A DNA stretch of 64,000 bases from a bacterium (GTDB lineage Bacteria > Zhuqueibacterota > Zhuqueibacteria > Oceanimicrobiales > Oceanimicrobiaceae), in contig JBHHXT010000001.1 in NCBI GenBank assembly GCA_046757165.1, forward strand, positions 32,627-96,626. The letters are read 5' to 3'. Positions within the stretch are counted from its first letter, which is position 1, and each line of letters begins with the position of its first letter. Below the pieces are notes generated by a model, which had not been told where the DNA came from, searched no databases, and saw only the letters and a program-made list of their open reading frames with translations. Below are positions 1 to 12,300 of this stretch, in pieces. The position numbers and the translations under genes were made by a program.

Positions 1-3000
1 GCCGGTGTGTAGGTAATGGTGCCACTTCCGGCATTGACGACCGCCGTGCCATTTCCCGGAGCACTGGCAACCACGATTGAGCTCGCAACCAGGGTGCCAT
101 CGACATCGGAGTCATTGCCCAGAACGTCGATTTCTACAGCAGTTTCTTCTGCTGTCGCGGTGTCATCGTCGACGGCGACAGGCAGGTCGTTTATTTCCGA
201 CACGGTGACGACAACCCTCGCCTCAATCGAGACGGCAGCCACATCATCCTGAACCGTGTAGCCCATGGTGTCTTTGCCAGCGAAATGCAAAGCCGGCGTG
301 TACGTGATCGCACCCGTCGCGGGGTTGATCGCCCGGGTGCCGTGGCTCGGCTCCCTGACGATTTGAACCGAACCAGGAACCACGGTGCCATCGACATCCG
401 AGTCATTTGCCAGGACATCGATGGTTACGGCGACTTCCTCATCCGTTATGGCCAAATCATCCACCACAGACGGCGCATCGTTGACCGGAGTAACCATTAC
501 GACGACCCTCGCTTCATTAGAGGACGCGCCACGGTCATCCTTGATGGTGTAGGTGAGCGTATCGAGACCAACAAAATTGAGAGCAGGCGTGTAGGTGATC
601 GCACCCGTCACCGGGTCGACACTTGCAGAGCCATCGTCTGGTTGCAGCACAATGGCGACGGAGGTGAGGTCAAGGGTTCCGTCCAGGTCCTGGTCGTTGG
701 CCGCAACATCGATGACGGTTTGTGTGTCCTCGGGAGTCGTGGCGCTGTCGTCAGCCGCGACCGGCAAGTCGTTGACATCGGTCACCGAAATGACCACTGT
801 TGCGACATTGGAGGCGGCGCCAAGATTGTCCCTGACCGAATAGGTCAGGGTGTCCAGGCCGACAAAGTTCAGCGCCGGCGTGTAGGTAATCGCGCCGTTT
901 GAAAAATCGACCGTTGCGCTGCCATGATTTGGGCCGCTCTGAATGGCCACGGAACCCGGATCGATGGAGCCGTCGACATCTGAATCATTGCTGATGACAC
1001 TGATGATCAGAACGGCCTCTTCCGGCGTGGTGACAGCATCATCCACCGCCACCGGCGAATCGTTGACCGGGGTCACAGTAACGACGACGGTGGCCGTATT
1101 CGAAACCGCGCCAGCCCCATCCTTTACCGTGTAAGTAAGCGTATCATTCCCGACAAAATCCAGTCCAGGGGTGTAGTTGATGGTTCCAAGGGAGGCATCC
1201 ACCGTGACGCTCCCATTCGCCGGAGGGGCAACGACCGTCACAGTCGTGACATCGAGGGAGCCGTCCGGGTCCGTGTCATTGACCGTCACGTCGATGGCAA
1301 GCGCACCCTCTTCCACGGTTGTAACCGCATCATCCACGGCAACCGGCGTATCATTGACATTGGCAATGTTCAGGAACACCTTTGTCTGGCCGGAAACTGC
1401 GCCAAGGTCATCCTTTATCGTATAGGTCAGGGAGTCCTGGCCAAAGAAATTTACGGCTGGCGTGTAGGTAATGCGGCCTGTGCTCGGATTGACGGCTGCA
1501 CTTCCGTGGGTGGGCGGAGTCACAATCGCAGTCGAGGTCGTGTCGACTGTCCCCTCGATATCGGTGTCATTGGCCGCCACGTCCAGAACCATCGGGACAT
1601 CTTCCACGCCGGCAAACGTGTCCACGCCGGTGCTGGGGGGGTCGTTGACAGCCGTGACCGTGACCGAGACCGTGGCCGGATTCGAAAACGCGCCCAGATT
1701 GTCCCGGACTGTGTAGGTAAAAACGTCATTGCCAAAGAAATTCGGATTGGGCGTGTAGGTCACAACACCCGTAGTCGGATTCACGGTCGTACTGCCGTTA
1801 TTGGTAGATGTAACTGTCACAGAGCTCGCATCCAGGCTGCCATCGATGTCGGTATCGTTGGCAATCACATCGATGTTCACCGGTGTGTCTTCGGCCGTTG
1901 TTGCGTTGTCTGGCGCAACGATAGGAGGCTCATTGCCGCCATCGACCGACACACGAACCACGCCGGGAGCGGAGGGTTGTCCCAGATCATCTTTAATGGT
2001 ATAGGAAAACGAATCTGGCCCGAAGAAGAAAGGCGCTGGCATGTAGGTGACCACGCCCGTGGTCGGATTCACGGTCGCCGAGCCGTTTGCAGGCCCCGAA
2101 ACAACCAGGATCGTTGTCCGGTCAACCGTTCCTTCGATGTCAGTGTCGTTTGCTGCAACATCGATAATGGCGGGCGTGTTCTTGTTGGTTGAGGCTGAAT
2201 CAGTGGCCGCAACCGGCGGATCATTGACCGCGGTTATCGTGACCGTCACGTTGGTCACAAGCGATAACGCACCATCGTTGTCCTCGACCGTGTAGGTGAA
2301 CAAGTCGACGCCAGAGAAATTTGCACCGGGTGTATAGGTGACGACGCCGGTCGCCGGCGCCAGGACCGCCGTCCCAAAGCCCGGAGGCGTGATGATCGAA
2401 ACAGAGGTCACGTCGATCGAGCCGTCAAGGTCCACATCGTTGGCGGTCACGTCGATGGTAACAGGCGTATCTTCTGGCGTGGTCGGCGCGTCCGGCACGG
2501 CAATCGGTTGCTTGTTTACCTTGACTGTCACGGTCGCACCATTCGATACCCCGCTATCGTCGTCCTGGATGGTGTATTGAAAAGAGTCTGTGCCGAAAAA
2601 GTTCGAGCCCGGCAAGTAAGTGATGACACCGGTCGCGGGATTAACGTTTGTGGTACCGTTCGTGGGGACGACAACAACGGTCACCGTCGATTGAGCCAAA
2701 GTGCCGTCAAGATCAGAATCATTGCTCTTGACATCGATATCGACCGCCGTGTCCTCGTTGGTTGTCGTCGAATCATCGCCGGCTACCGGCGGGTCATTGA
2801 CATCCACGACCTGGAGCAGGACCGTCGTGGTGTTGGACTGCGCACCGTCCACATCGCGTACCGAATAAGTCAAGGAATCATCCCCGAAAAAGTTCAGGTC
2901 TGGCGCGTACGTGATCGCCCCGGTGGTTGGGCTGACACTGGCCTGGCCATGCAGCGGCAGGGTCCCGAGCGTCAGCGTCGTCGAAGCAATGGCGTTATCC

Positions 3001-4795
3001 GGGTCGACATCATTGCTGGTGGCATCGAAACTTGTCTGAGTGTCCTCGTTGGTGCTGACCGTGTCACGCACAGCCGTGGGCGCATCGTTTATGTTGGTGA
3101 CGGTCACAAAAACCTTTGCCTGATTGGAAACGGCGCCGTCATTATCCTGGACCGTGTAGGTCAAAGAGTCGAAGCCGAAGAAATCCACAACTGGCGTGTA
3201 AGTTATGACACCGGCGCCGTTGACGCTGGCCTGGCCGTTGGCCGGCGGTTGGACCACTGCGACGGTCGCCGGGGCGACTGTGCCATCAGAATCCGTGTCG
3301 TTTGTCGTCACCGTTATGCTGACTGGCGTCTCTTCCGCCGTGGTTGCATTATCGTTGAAGGCGATGGGTAGGGCATTGACCGTCACGGTGACCGTGGCAG
3401 TATTGGAGGTTCCGCCATCATGGTCGCTCACCTGATAGGTGAAACTGTCTGTTCCTGAAAAGCCGTTCGCCGGCGTATAGGTAATGATGCCGGACGACAG
3501 GCTGATGCTGGTTGTCCCGTTCGCTGGAGGCGTCACGATGGTGACGCTCGTGGAGTCCAGCGGGCCGTCAGGGTCGGCATCATTGGCAAGCACGGTGATG
3601 TCCACGGCCTGGTTGCTGTTGGTGGCGGCCGCATCATCATTCGCACCGGGTGCAGCATTGACTCGCACGACCACGGTTGTTGGATCTGAAAATGCGCCAT
3701 CATCATCCCGAACCAGGTAAGTAAACTGGTCTGTGCCGAAAAAGCCCGAGCTCGGGATGTAGGTGACTCTGCCATCGGGCTTGCTCAACGTCGAGCCATG
3801 ATCCCCGGAAGAAGCGAGAACAGAAGTGGTGTCGATCACGCCGTCCACATCTGTGTCATTGGCCGTCACGAGAATGTCGACAGGGACATCCACCTGCGTG
3901 AGAACACTGTCGCCGTTTGCCCGCGGGGGGTCGTTGATCTGAATGATGGTGATGGTCACCGTCGCGGTGTTCGAGGGTGCCGCATCATTATCCTTGACGT
4001 TGTAGGTGAAAGAATCCGTGCCAGCGGAGTCCGGCGCCGGCGTATACGTCACCACACCGGTGGTCGGATTCACAACCGTCGTACCTTTGTCGGGCGGGTC
4101 GACGATCGTAACCGTCGTCGCATCGATGCTCCCGTCAGTGTCCGTGTCGTTGACAGTCACGTTGATTTGCGCGGAGGAATCTTCGTTCAACGTGGCACTG
4201 TCATCCCCTGCAATCGGCGGATCGATGACATTCGATACGATAACCGTAACAATGGCTTGGTTGGAGACGCCTCCGCTGTCGTCTTTTACCGTGTAGGTAA
4301 AGTTGTCAGTACCGTTGAAATTCGTGTTCGGAGTGTAGGTGACAATGCCCGTGGTCGGATTCGGCGCCGCATTGCCATTGGCCGGCGGGCTGACCACGGT
4401 GACCGTTGTCACGTCCAGCTGCCCGTCTGGATCGCTGTCATTAGCAAGAACGACGAGACTGACTGGCGTGTCTTCGCTGGTGAAGCCGGCGTCATTCACA
4501 GCAGTGGGCGAATCATTGACACGAATCGCCACGGTCACAGCGTTCGCGTGCTGTCCGTCATCATCGGCAACAGAATAATATAAGGTGTCCGGGCCTGAAA
4601 AGCCGAGGTTCGGAGTATAGGTGATTTCTCCGCTGATGGTGTTGAGACTCATCGTGCCATGAACAGGATCGATCACAATTGCGACAGAAGATTTATCAAG
4701 GGAACCATCGGTATCCACGTCATTTGTCAGGACATCTATGGTGACAGAGGTTCCTTCATTGGTGGATGCCGAGTCCTCCACGGCCACGGGCGGCG
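1..4795 (-). repeat. About 16.5 tandem in-frame 291-bp (97-aa) cadherin-like/bacterial-Ig coding repeats
   Basis: The anchor GGYGTGTAGGT (antisense of ..TYTP..) recurs at 4, 295, 586, 877, ~1168 and 1459, a 291-nt period. Unit consensus: PPVA..D...T.E.T.V.I.VL.ND.D.DG.L....V......G.......G...YTP...F.G.D.F.Y.V.D..G..S..A.V.I.V. Confidence 0.85.
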
Positions 4796-6098
4796 AATTG
4801 GTAAAGCTCTTGAGATTGTGCAGATAGTTCTTGCTGGTTTTGTCACTCGCTACCACGACAATTCCGGAGGCGTTGGTCGCACACTGCTTCGTGGAGGTCG
4901 GATTATTGCTTTTCGAGTTTTGAAGACTCTTGATAAAGGGGGTTCCAAATCCGGGCGCAAACACGGGGTTGTTCAGGTGCGCGCTTTTCATGAAAATGGT
5001 TTTCGGCAGAAAAGCATCACTCTTGGCAAACACATAGACACTGTCGGTGTCCGTGTTGAGAACGGCGATCGGGCGCGTGCGGTCTTCGGTGACCGTCCAA
5101 ACGGTGTGGCTACTCCAAGCCCCGTTCGACGGCGCCCGCTTTAGAAGGACAACACCGGGAGAAGAGGCGCCCGTAAATGAGGTTTTCACAACAGCAACTA
5201 CCGTCCCGGTGTTGTTATCGCATGTGAGGTTCAAATGGTCATCTGCTGCTCTCCCGCCCGGGTCCTCCAGTGCAACTTCCCGGCTCTGCCAGGTGGCGTC
5301 AGCGTCGCTGTCCAGGTGAACAGCAAAATAGTTTTTCTCATCCTCCTGATTTGACCATAAGATACCGACGCGACCACCGCCAAAGGCAATAATGGCTGAA
5401 ATGTCGTTCACATTCAAATCACTGCCCTGCACCGGTAGCCCAAAAGCTGTTCCCCAATTGGTGTCGCCGCCAATCGTGCGATTAATCATGACTTTCAAGT
5501 TTGCCGTCCAGGTGACCCAGAGCTTGCCGTTGGAGTCTTTGGCGAGGGTCAGGGCACGTGTTCTCGCCGTGCCAGGGATGTCGGTGGGGAATCCGGTATC
5601 CAGGGCATACGTGTTTGAAACGGAATTGTAGGTAAATCGGCTCAGCGTCGCGACCTCTGACCCATGCGTGTCTTTGTGGGATTGCTTGGCTCGTGATGCG
5701 ATGTAAAGGGTTTGCCCCTCTGAAAGCACATCCTGGCTTGAACGGGGCCGGCTATCTACCTCGGTTCCGGTGTCCGTCCAATCCTGAGTGGTCATATCCA
5801 GGCGGAAGATCTTGTACTTGTTGACGTCATTATCCCAGAAGGTGCCCCACCAGAAGCTATCGTGATACCATAGTTTGCTCTCTGGCTTCTCCTCCGTTGG
5901 CTCGCTCGTGACGTCGCCGCCGGTATAATTAAAATCTTTGTATCCAACCAGCACCGGTTCCGATTGGATGGTCTGCGCCAAAAGCCGCGTTGCGATGCAC
6001 AAGAACGACATCAGCAACGTAAGAAAGTAGAGACTGTACTTCGTACAGGTCGTGCGCAGGCAGGGTCCAAAGGAAGATGCCAAACCAAAGATGCCCAT
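1..6098 (-). CDS. Giant secreted cadherin-like-repeat surface protein, paralog 2 (partial; 3' end beyond window edge)
   Basis: The minus strand has no stop from 6098 to position 1, so the ORF is absent from the ORF track. My translation starts MGIFGLASSFGPC.. at ATG 6096-6098, after an AAGGAG SD (6104-6109), and has a hydrophobic signal-like segment. An N-terminal ~390-aa domain is clearly homologous to that of the 6307..13725 product (VGYKDF, KPESKLWYHDSFWWG, LAKDSNGKLWVTW, VMINRT, AFGGGRVGILWS, STKQCA). PPVAVED..NDVDTDG..TYTP repeats then continue to the window edge. Confidence 0.85.
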   Translation of the reverse strand, partial: MGIFGLASSFGPCLRTTCTKYSLYFLTLLMSFLCIATRLLAQTIQSEPVLVGYKDFNYTGGDVTSEPTEEKPESKLWYHDSFWWGTFWDNDVNKYKIFRLDMTTQDWTDTGTEVDSRPRSSQDVLSEGQTLYIASRAKQSHKDTHGSEVATLSRFTYNSVSNTYALDTGFPTDIPGTARTRALTLAKDSNGKLWVTWTANLKVMINRTIGGDTNWGTAFGLPVQGSDLNVNDISAIIAFGGGRVGILWSNQEDEKNYFAVHLDSDADATWQSREVALEDPGGRAADDHLNLTCDNNTGTVVAVVKTSFTGASSPGVVLLKRAPSNGAWSSHTVWTVTEDRTRPIAVLNTDTDSVYVFAKSDAFLPKTIFMKSAHLNNPVFAPGFGTPFIKSLQNSKSNNPTSTKQCATNASGIVVVASDKTSKNYLHNLKSFTNSPPVAVEDSASTNEGTSVTIDVLTNDVDTDGSLDKSSVAIVIDPVHGTMSLNTISGEITYTPNLGFSGPDTLYYSVADDDGQHANAVTVAIRVNDSPTAVNDAGFTSEDTPVSLVVLANDSDPDGQLDVTTVTVVSPPANGNAAPNPTTGIVTYTPNTNFNGTDNFTYTVKDDSGGVSNQAIVTVIVSNVIDPPIAGDDSATLNEDSSAQINVTVNDTDTDGSIDATTVTIVDPPDKGTTVVNPTTGVVTYTPAPDSAGTDSFTYNVKDNDAAPSNTATVTITIIQINDPPRANGDSVLTQVDVPVDILVTANDTDVDGVIDTTSVLASSGDHGSTLSKPDGRVTYIPSSGFFGTDQFTYLVRDDDGAFSDPTTVVVRVNAAPGANDDAAATNSNQAVDITVLANDADPDGPLDSTSVTIVTPPANGTTSISLSSGIITYTPANGFSGTDSFTYQVSDHDGGTSNTATVTVTVNALPIAFNDNATTAEETPVSITVTTNDTDSDGTVAPATVAVVQPPANGQASVNGAGVITYTPVVDFFGFDSLTYTVQDNDGAVSNQAKVFVTVTNINDAPTAVRDTVSTNEDTQTSFDATSNDVDPDNAIASTTLTLGTLPLHGQASVSPTTGAITYAPDLNFFGDDSLTYSVRDVDGAQSNTTTVLLQVVDVNDPPVAGDDSTTTNEDTAVDIDVKSNDSDLDGTLAQSTVTVVVVPTNGTTNVNPATGVITYLPGSNFFGTDSFQYTIQDDDSGVSNGATVTVKVNKQPIAVPDAPTTPEDTPVTIDVTANDVDLDGSIDVTSVSIITPPGFGTAVLAPATGVVTYTPGANFSGVDLFTYTVEDNDGALSLVTNVTVTITAVNDPPVAATDSASTNKNTPAIIDVAANDTDIEGTVDRTTILVVSGPANGSATVNPTTGVVTYMPAPFFFGPDSFSYTIKDDLGQPSAPGVVRVSVDGGNEPPIVAPDNATTAEDTPVNIDVIANDTDIDGSLDASSVTVTSTNNGSTTVNPTTGVVTYTPNPNFFGNDVFTYTVRDNLGAFSNPATVSVTVTAVNDPPSTGVDTFAGVEDVPMVLDVAANDTDIEGTVDTTSTAIVTPPTHGSAAVNPSTGRITYTPAVNFFGQDSLTYTIKDDLGAVSGQTKVFLNIANVNDTPVAVDDAVTTVEEGALAIDVTVNDTDPDGSLDVTTVTVVAPPANGSVTVDASLGTINYTPGLDFVGNDTLTYTVKDGAGAVSNTATVVVTVTPVNDSPVAVDDAVTTPEEAVLIISVISNDSDVDGSIDPGSVAIQSGPNHGSATVDFSNGAITYTPALNFVGLDTLTYSVRDNLGAASNVATVVISVTDVNDLPVAADDSATTPEDTQTVIDVAANDQDLDGTLDLTSVAIVLQPDDGSASVDPVTGAITYTPALNFVGLDTLTYTIKDDRGASSNEARVVVMVTPVNDAPSVVDDLAITDEEVAVTIDVLANDSDVDGTVVPGSVQIVREPSHGTRAINPATGAITYTPALHFAGKDTMGYTVQDDVAAVSIEARVVVTVSEINDLPVAVDDDTATAEETAVEIDVLGNDSDVDGTLVASSIVVASAPGNGTAVVNAGSGTITYTP

Positions 6099-6306
6099 AA
6101 CGACTCCTTAGAACGTGTTAAGAGAATGTGACGACTAACGAACTTGTTAGGTCTGTGAAATCAGTTGTGGGGCAGGCAGTATGTTGTATCAAAAACAAAA
6201 TCAAAATCTTATCAAAGCATAGCTTCTTATAAGGGATGTATACACCCGAAGGCAGAAGAGTGCAGAGAGAAATGTTAATGACTGTTAAGGAAAATAACCG
6301 ACAGGA

Positions 6307-9300
6307 CTACTTTTGTAAGGCGAGCTTGCGGCAGAAAATCCGATTTCCGACCTCCAGGCGTAGAAAATAAATGCCTGACCCCACTTCGCGACCTGAATTG
6401 TCTCGACCGTTCCAGATCACTTTCTTGTGGCCAGGCGATTGCATGGCGTCCACTAGGCTGCGGACCTCCTGGCCCCGAGTATTGAAAATAAGGAGCTCGA
6501 CCCGCTTTTCCTTCGGCATGGCATATTCGATGGTGGTCTCACCGTTGAACGGATTGGGATAGTTCGGGTGCAACTCGAATTCCTCCGGCACGCCAATCGC
6601 TTGCGCCTGGCCATCGCCATCTTTGCGAGAGTTCAGCGTCAGCTCGTCAAGCTCAGATCGACTGGAAGTGGCGATGAATTCAACCAGGAGCTCCGGCGAA
6701 ATCGCGCCCTCCTTAGAGAGGTATTTTACCCGGTCCGTGGCTGTACTTTTGATTGCAAAACTGTAAGTGCCGTTTGCCGCAATCGCTTCAGAGACATTAA
6801 ACTCCACCGTCGAATTCACAGAAACAGAGCCGGCGCTGCTCAACGGCTCGCCGGTGATTTCAGGCGCGTTGACTGCATTCAAGTTCTCCTCAACCCAGGG
6901 TGCAGAACCGCTGGCGAAATTGTTGGCGACCCGGTAGACGGCGCCGCCGTCTTTGCTGCCGTCGCTGCTGCCGTCGGAGACGCGCAGACGTAGCAGGGCG
7001 TTGGTGACCGTGCCATTAATGCCTGAAACACTAAACTTGAAGTAGGCCCTGAACCTGTCCTGCGCCACCTTCACCGTTGTCTTGCTGCCATAGTTCTTCA
7101 AGGGCTCACTGACTTTCACCTGAGCATCGTGGGACGGCTTGAAAGTCAGCGTGGTAGCACCACCGGATCTGATGACCTCGATGGTGACGGTTGCCACACT
7201 CGATTCAGCCCCATCATTGTCTCTTACCGTGTACGTGAATACATCTGAACCACTGAAACCGTTTGCCGGTGTGTAGGTGATCACGCCGGAATTCGGGTTG
7301 ACCAGCAGGTCGCCGTTGGCCGGTTCATCGATAATGGCAACGGAGGAGATATCCAGGTGGCCATCATCATCGTGGTCATTAAAGAGAACGTCGATCACAG
7401 CGGCGATGTTCTCTGGCGTTGCAGTCTCATCGTTGACCGCAATTGGGCGTTGATTGCTACTGGCGGCGGCCACCTGAATGAACAATGCCGGTGGCGATAT
7501 GCCTTCCTTTGTAAAGTACTTCACCCGGTTGGTGGACCCGCTTGCCAGCGCAAAACTGTACACCCCATCCCCTTGAATCGTCGCGCTCACATCAAATTCG
7601 ACCACCGTGTTTGGACTGACTGCACCGGCTTTGTCAAGCAGAGACCCGGCGATCGCCGGAGCATTACCGGCGGTCAAGCCCTCCTCCTGCCAGGGCGTCG
7701 TCGACGCCAGATAGGTATTCGAAACAGAATAGAGTGACCCGCCGTCATCACCGCCGTCGCTCGACCCTTCGCTTGTGTGCAGCCGCAGTGTTGCATGCTC
7801 CACTTCACCGGTCAGGCCGCTCACCTGAAACTTCAAATAGAACAAGAATTTGTCGAGATCGAGCTTGGCGGTGCTTTTGCTGCCGTAGTTTTTGCCGGGT
7901 TCCGTTACTTTTACCTGGCCATCTTCAATCGACTGGTACGTGAAGGAGTCGTCCCTCCCGGCGCTGTTGACCGTTACAGCCACCGAGGCTTCGTTAGAAA
8001 CAGCGCCACGGTCATCTTCGACCCGGTAGGTGAACTGGTCCGCGCCTGTGAAACCACTCGACGGCGTGTAGGTGGCAACACCGGTCGCCGAATTGAGCGA
8101 AACAGCGCCATGCGCCGGCAGCGTCCCGATGGTCACAGTCGCGGGTTCGAGCGTCCCATCACTATCCCTGTCATTCGCCAGAATCTCAATGGCAACAGGC
8201 GTGTCCACCTCCGTTTCAGCTTGATCATTTTCAGCCACCGGAGGCAGGTTACTGGTTCCACCCATCGTGGTCTCAATGAAGAGCTCTGGTGGCTGAATCC
8301 CTTCCCTGGTAGAATATCTGATCAGATTCGTCGAATTGTTTGTCAGAGCAAAGCTATAAAATCCGTCGCCATTGATCACGCTGGTGACATCAAACTCAAC
8401 CAGGCTGCTCGGATTCACGGGACCCGCGCTTCCCAGAGCTATACCGCCAGGATCCGGGGCATTGCTCGCAGTTAAGCTGTTCTCGTCCCAGGGCATCGTC
8501 GTGTCCTTAAAGTCGTTTGACACCGAGAATAGCGAGCCGCCGTCATCCCCCCCGTCACTGGAGCCGCTGCCAACGTGCAAACGCAAAAGAGCCTGCCGGA
8601 CGCCGTTTTGCAGCCCGCTGACTTGAAACTTGAGATAGAAGATGAACTTGTCGAACTCGAGCTTGGCTGTTCCCTTGCTGCCGTAGTTCTTGCCTGGCGC
8701 ACTGAGCTTGATCTGGCCGTCCTCAATCGGATGAAAAGTTACCTCTCCTCCAGCGGATCCGCCGTTCACCGTCACAGTCACGGTTGCTGGAGCAGAGGTG
8801 GCTCCGTCATCGTCTTTCACATGATAGGAAAAGCCATCCTGCCCACTGAAACCATCTGCCGGCGAGTAGGTGATACGGCCGGTCGAACCACTGATGGAAA
8901 CGGAGCCGTGAGCAGGTAGACTGACAATCTCTACCGTGGTCACGTCGATCGAGCCGTCACTGTCCGTGTCATTGGAAAGGACATCAATTTCAACAGGTGT
9001 GCCTGAGGAGGTTTCGGCGGCATCGTCCCCGGCCACCGGCGGCAGATTACCGCCGCCACCGGATGCGGTTTCGACCACCAACTGTGGAGGATGCGCTCCT
9101 TCCTTTGTAAAATACTTTACCTGATTCATCGATTCGCTCGAAATTGCAAAGCTGTAGACGCCATCGTCAGCGATGGCGCCAGTCACATCAAACTCAACCT
9201 CTGTTTTTGGAGACACAGCGCCGGCGCTCGCCAACGCTGCGCCGAATATCAGCGGGGCGTTTCTGGCCGTAAGCTCATCTTCATCCCAGGGTGTGGTAGT

Positions 9301-12300
9301 GTCTTGGTAGGTGTTTGATACCCCATAAAGTGATCCGCCGTCATCTCCGCCGTCGCTGGAGCCATCGGTCACTCGCAATCGCACCACCGCCCGCGCGACA
9401 GCACCGGCCAGGCCGCTCACGCGAAACTTTAGATACACGACGAATTTGTTTTGCTCAACTTTGGCCGTGCTCTTGGCGCCGTAATTGTTGTCTACCTCCG
9501 TCACCTTCACCTGCCCATCCTCGATGGAAACAAAAGTAGATTGGCCGCCACCGGGATTGCTGTTTACCGTCACCGCCACTGTCGCCTCGTTTGAAACCGT
9601 GTTATTATCGTCCCGCACCGTGTAGCGAAAGCTATCTGATCCCACAAAGCCACTGTCTGGCGTATAAGAAATCGCCCCGCTGCTGGCGTCCACGGTCGCA
9701 CTGCCATGCGTGGGCGCAGTGGTGATTGTGACGGAAGAAAGATCGAGCGCCCGCTCTGCATCCAGGTCATTGTCTGTCACCGGGATAGTCACGGCTGTCC
9801 CTTCCTGCGTGCTTGCAGAATCCGCTTCCGCGAGCGGAGGATCATTCACGGCCTGAACCGTAATCGACACGGTCGCGATGTTGGAGCTGGCGTTCTCGTT
9901 GTCGCGGACAACGTAGGTGAAGGAGTCTTGCCCGGCATAGTCATCATCCGGAACGTAATTGACTCCGGTCGAGTGGACGATAGCGCTCCCATGCCCGGGT
10001 CCTGACCTGATGAGCACCGTTTCTGCCACCACGAGACCATCCAAATCAGTGTCATTGGCGGTTAAATCGATCGAGATCGGCGTATCTTCTTCTGTGACCA
10101 CGGCGTCATCGTTGGCCACAGGTGGCACGTTTGACCCCACGAAAATCGTGACTGCCGCTTCATTGGAAGTAAATCCGTCGAGATCCTTGACCGTATATCG
10201 CACCGCGTCGATGCCGTCGAAATTGATTTGCGGTGTGTAGTGGATCATGCCTGTGGCCGGATCGACAGTGGCCGAGCCATTGAATGGCCCAAGGAGCTTG
10301 ACAACCGACCTGAGGTCGAGACCGGCGCCGTCCGGATCGAAATCATTCTGCAGAACGGCGATGTTCGCGCTGTTCCCGACTCCTGTGAAGGTCGTATCAT
10401 CTCGTGCAACGGGTGGGCCGATGACGCGCACAACAACCGTTGCCGAATTAGAGACCTGGCCTCCTTCATCCCGCACGGTATAGTGGAACCGGTCAAAGCC
10501 GCTGAAGCCTGCACTCGGCGAGTATCTGATTAGCCCGTTGCTTCCAACCGTACTTGCCTGACCGTTGACCGGAGGCGTGGCGATGGCCACCGTGCTCGCA
10601 TCGATGGCATTGTCGATATCAAAGTCGTTGCTGATCACGGCAATATCGACAGGTGCTCCGAGGCCTGTCACGGCGCTGTCGTTGACGGCAATGGGCTTGT
10701 CGTTATCGCTCAGGACGATAATCAGCACGCCGGCGACCTGGGACGAGGCGTTTTCCTCATCGTGAATGGTGTATCGAAAAGCATCCGAGCCGAAAAAATT
10801 AGCCTCGGGTGTGTAGCTCACAATCCCGGTCAGCGAATTCAGCACGATGGTCCCGTGCTCGGGTTGGCCTTGAAAAGCGATCGTGGCCGGTTCCACCCTG
10901 CCATCCACATCGAAGTCGTTCTCCAGAACCGGAATCTCGACCATCGTCTCTTCCTGGGTCATCACGCTATCGCTCACAGCGACCGGTGGGTCGTTCAGGG
11001 AGTTGACCGCCAGCGAAACGGTGGCCATGTTGGACAGAGTGCCGTCGTTGTCTCGGATGGAATAGGTGAAGAAATCCAGGCCAAAGGTGTTGGCATCAGG
11101 AGAGTAGGTCACCACGCCAGTGACAGCGTTTATCTCCAGGGTGCCGTTCAATGGCCCTTCATGAATCTCAACCGTCGCGCGGTCAAGACTCCCATCCGGG
11201 TCGCTGTCATTGGCCGTTATGTTGATTGGAACAGGAATATCTTCGAAAGTCGTCGCAGCGTCGTCAACCGTCACCGGAGGCAGGTTGACCCTGATCGTGA
11301 TCAAGGCTTCGTTTGAGGTATTGCCTTTGTCGTCGTCGACTTTGTAGCCAATGAGCTCGGCGCCTGAATAGCCGGCATCTGGCGTGTAGGTGACAGCTCC
11401 ATTGGTCGCATTGATGGAGATGGCACCGTTAAGGGGGCCAAACGTGGTTCTCAGGGTGGCCGCGTTGATCGTCCCGCCGTCCGGATCAAAATCATTGTCC
11501 AGCACAGCAATCGCAATCGGGGTGTCAGCGATCGTGATCGCCGAGTCATTCACAGCCACGGGGGGACCGATAACATCGATGGTGATCGTGGCCGGATTGG
11601 ATTTCAGGCCCGAATCGTCACTCACGGTGTAGGTCAAAACCTCGGTGCCAAAGTTGCCCGTCTCAGGGCTGTACGTTACGACCCCGGTGTGTGAATCGAT
11701 ATGAATGGTTCCGTTTGAAGGTGTTGTCGCAAGTGAGATCGTCTCTGGCAGCAAGGATCCATCCAGGTCCGTGTCGTTGGCGAGGATGTCGATGTCGACA
11801 ACCACCCCCTCCTCAGTGACAGCGATGTCATCTGAGGCCACTGGCCTGGCAAGAACGAGAATCGCGACCCGGGCAGCATTGGAGGTCGCCCCGGCCGGGT
11901 CGTGGATCGTGTAGGTGAAGGTGTCGGTGCCAAAGGAATTGGGGCTCGGCGTGTACGTCACCTCGCCCGTGCTGTTGTTGACCGAGACCGTGCCGTTTGC
12001 CGGGAAGGTACTGATGGTGGGCACCATCTCCGCCACGTTGTGGTCGACATCGGAATCGTTACTCAGGACCGCAAGGGGTACCGCGGTGGCGTTGTCTGTT
12101 GTCGCCGAATCCGGAGCAGCGACAGGCGGGTCATTGAGTTCATTAACCGTGATCGTGACAATGGCCTCATTGGAGAGAGCGCCCTTGTTGTCGCTGATGC
12201 GGTACGTAAAAATGTCTGAACCACTAAAATCTGCATTCGGAGTATAGGTGACCACAGCTGACAGCGAGTTGACCAGGGCAGTGCCATGGGCCGGCTGAGT

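Noticed and set aside
16-5631. A ladder of ~80-aa + strand ORFs spaced about 291 nt apart (16..252, 595..843, 943..1134, 1177..1425, 1471..1716, 2047..2295, 2338..2580 and others), plus longer + strand ORFs (285..902, 1506..2192, 2508..3371, 3798..4583).
   Set aside because: These are antisense shadows of the minus-strand giant gene. Their periodicity equals the 291-bp coding repeat. Their translations are low-complexity (S/T/V/A- or R/G/H/D-rich), whereas the minus strand gives an uninterrupted 6.1-kb frame with strong domain motifs.
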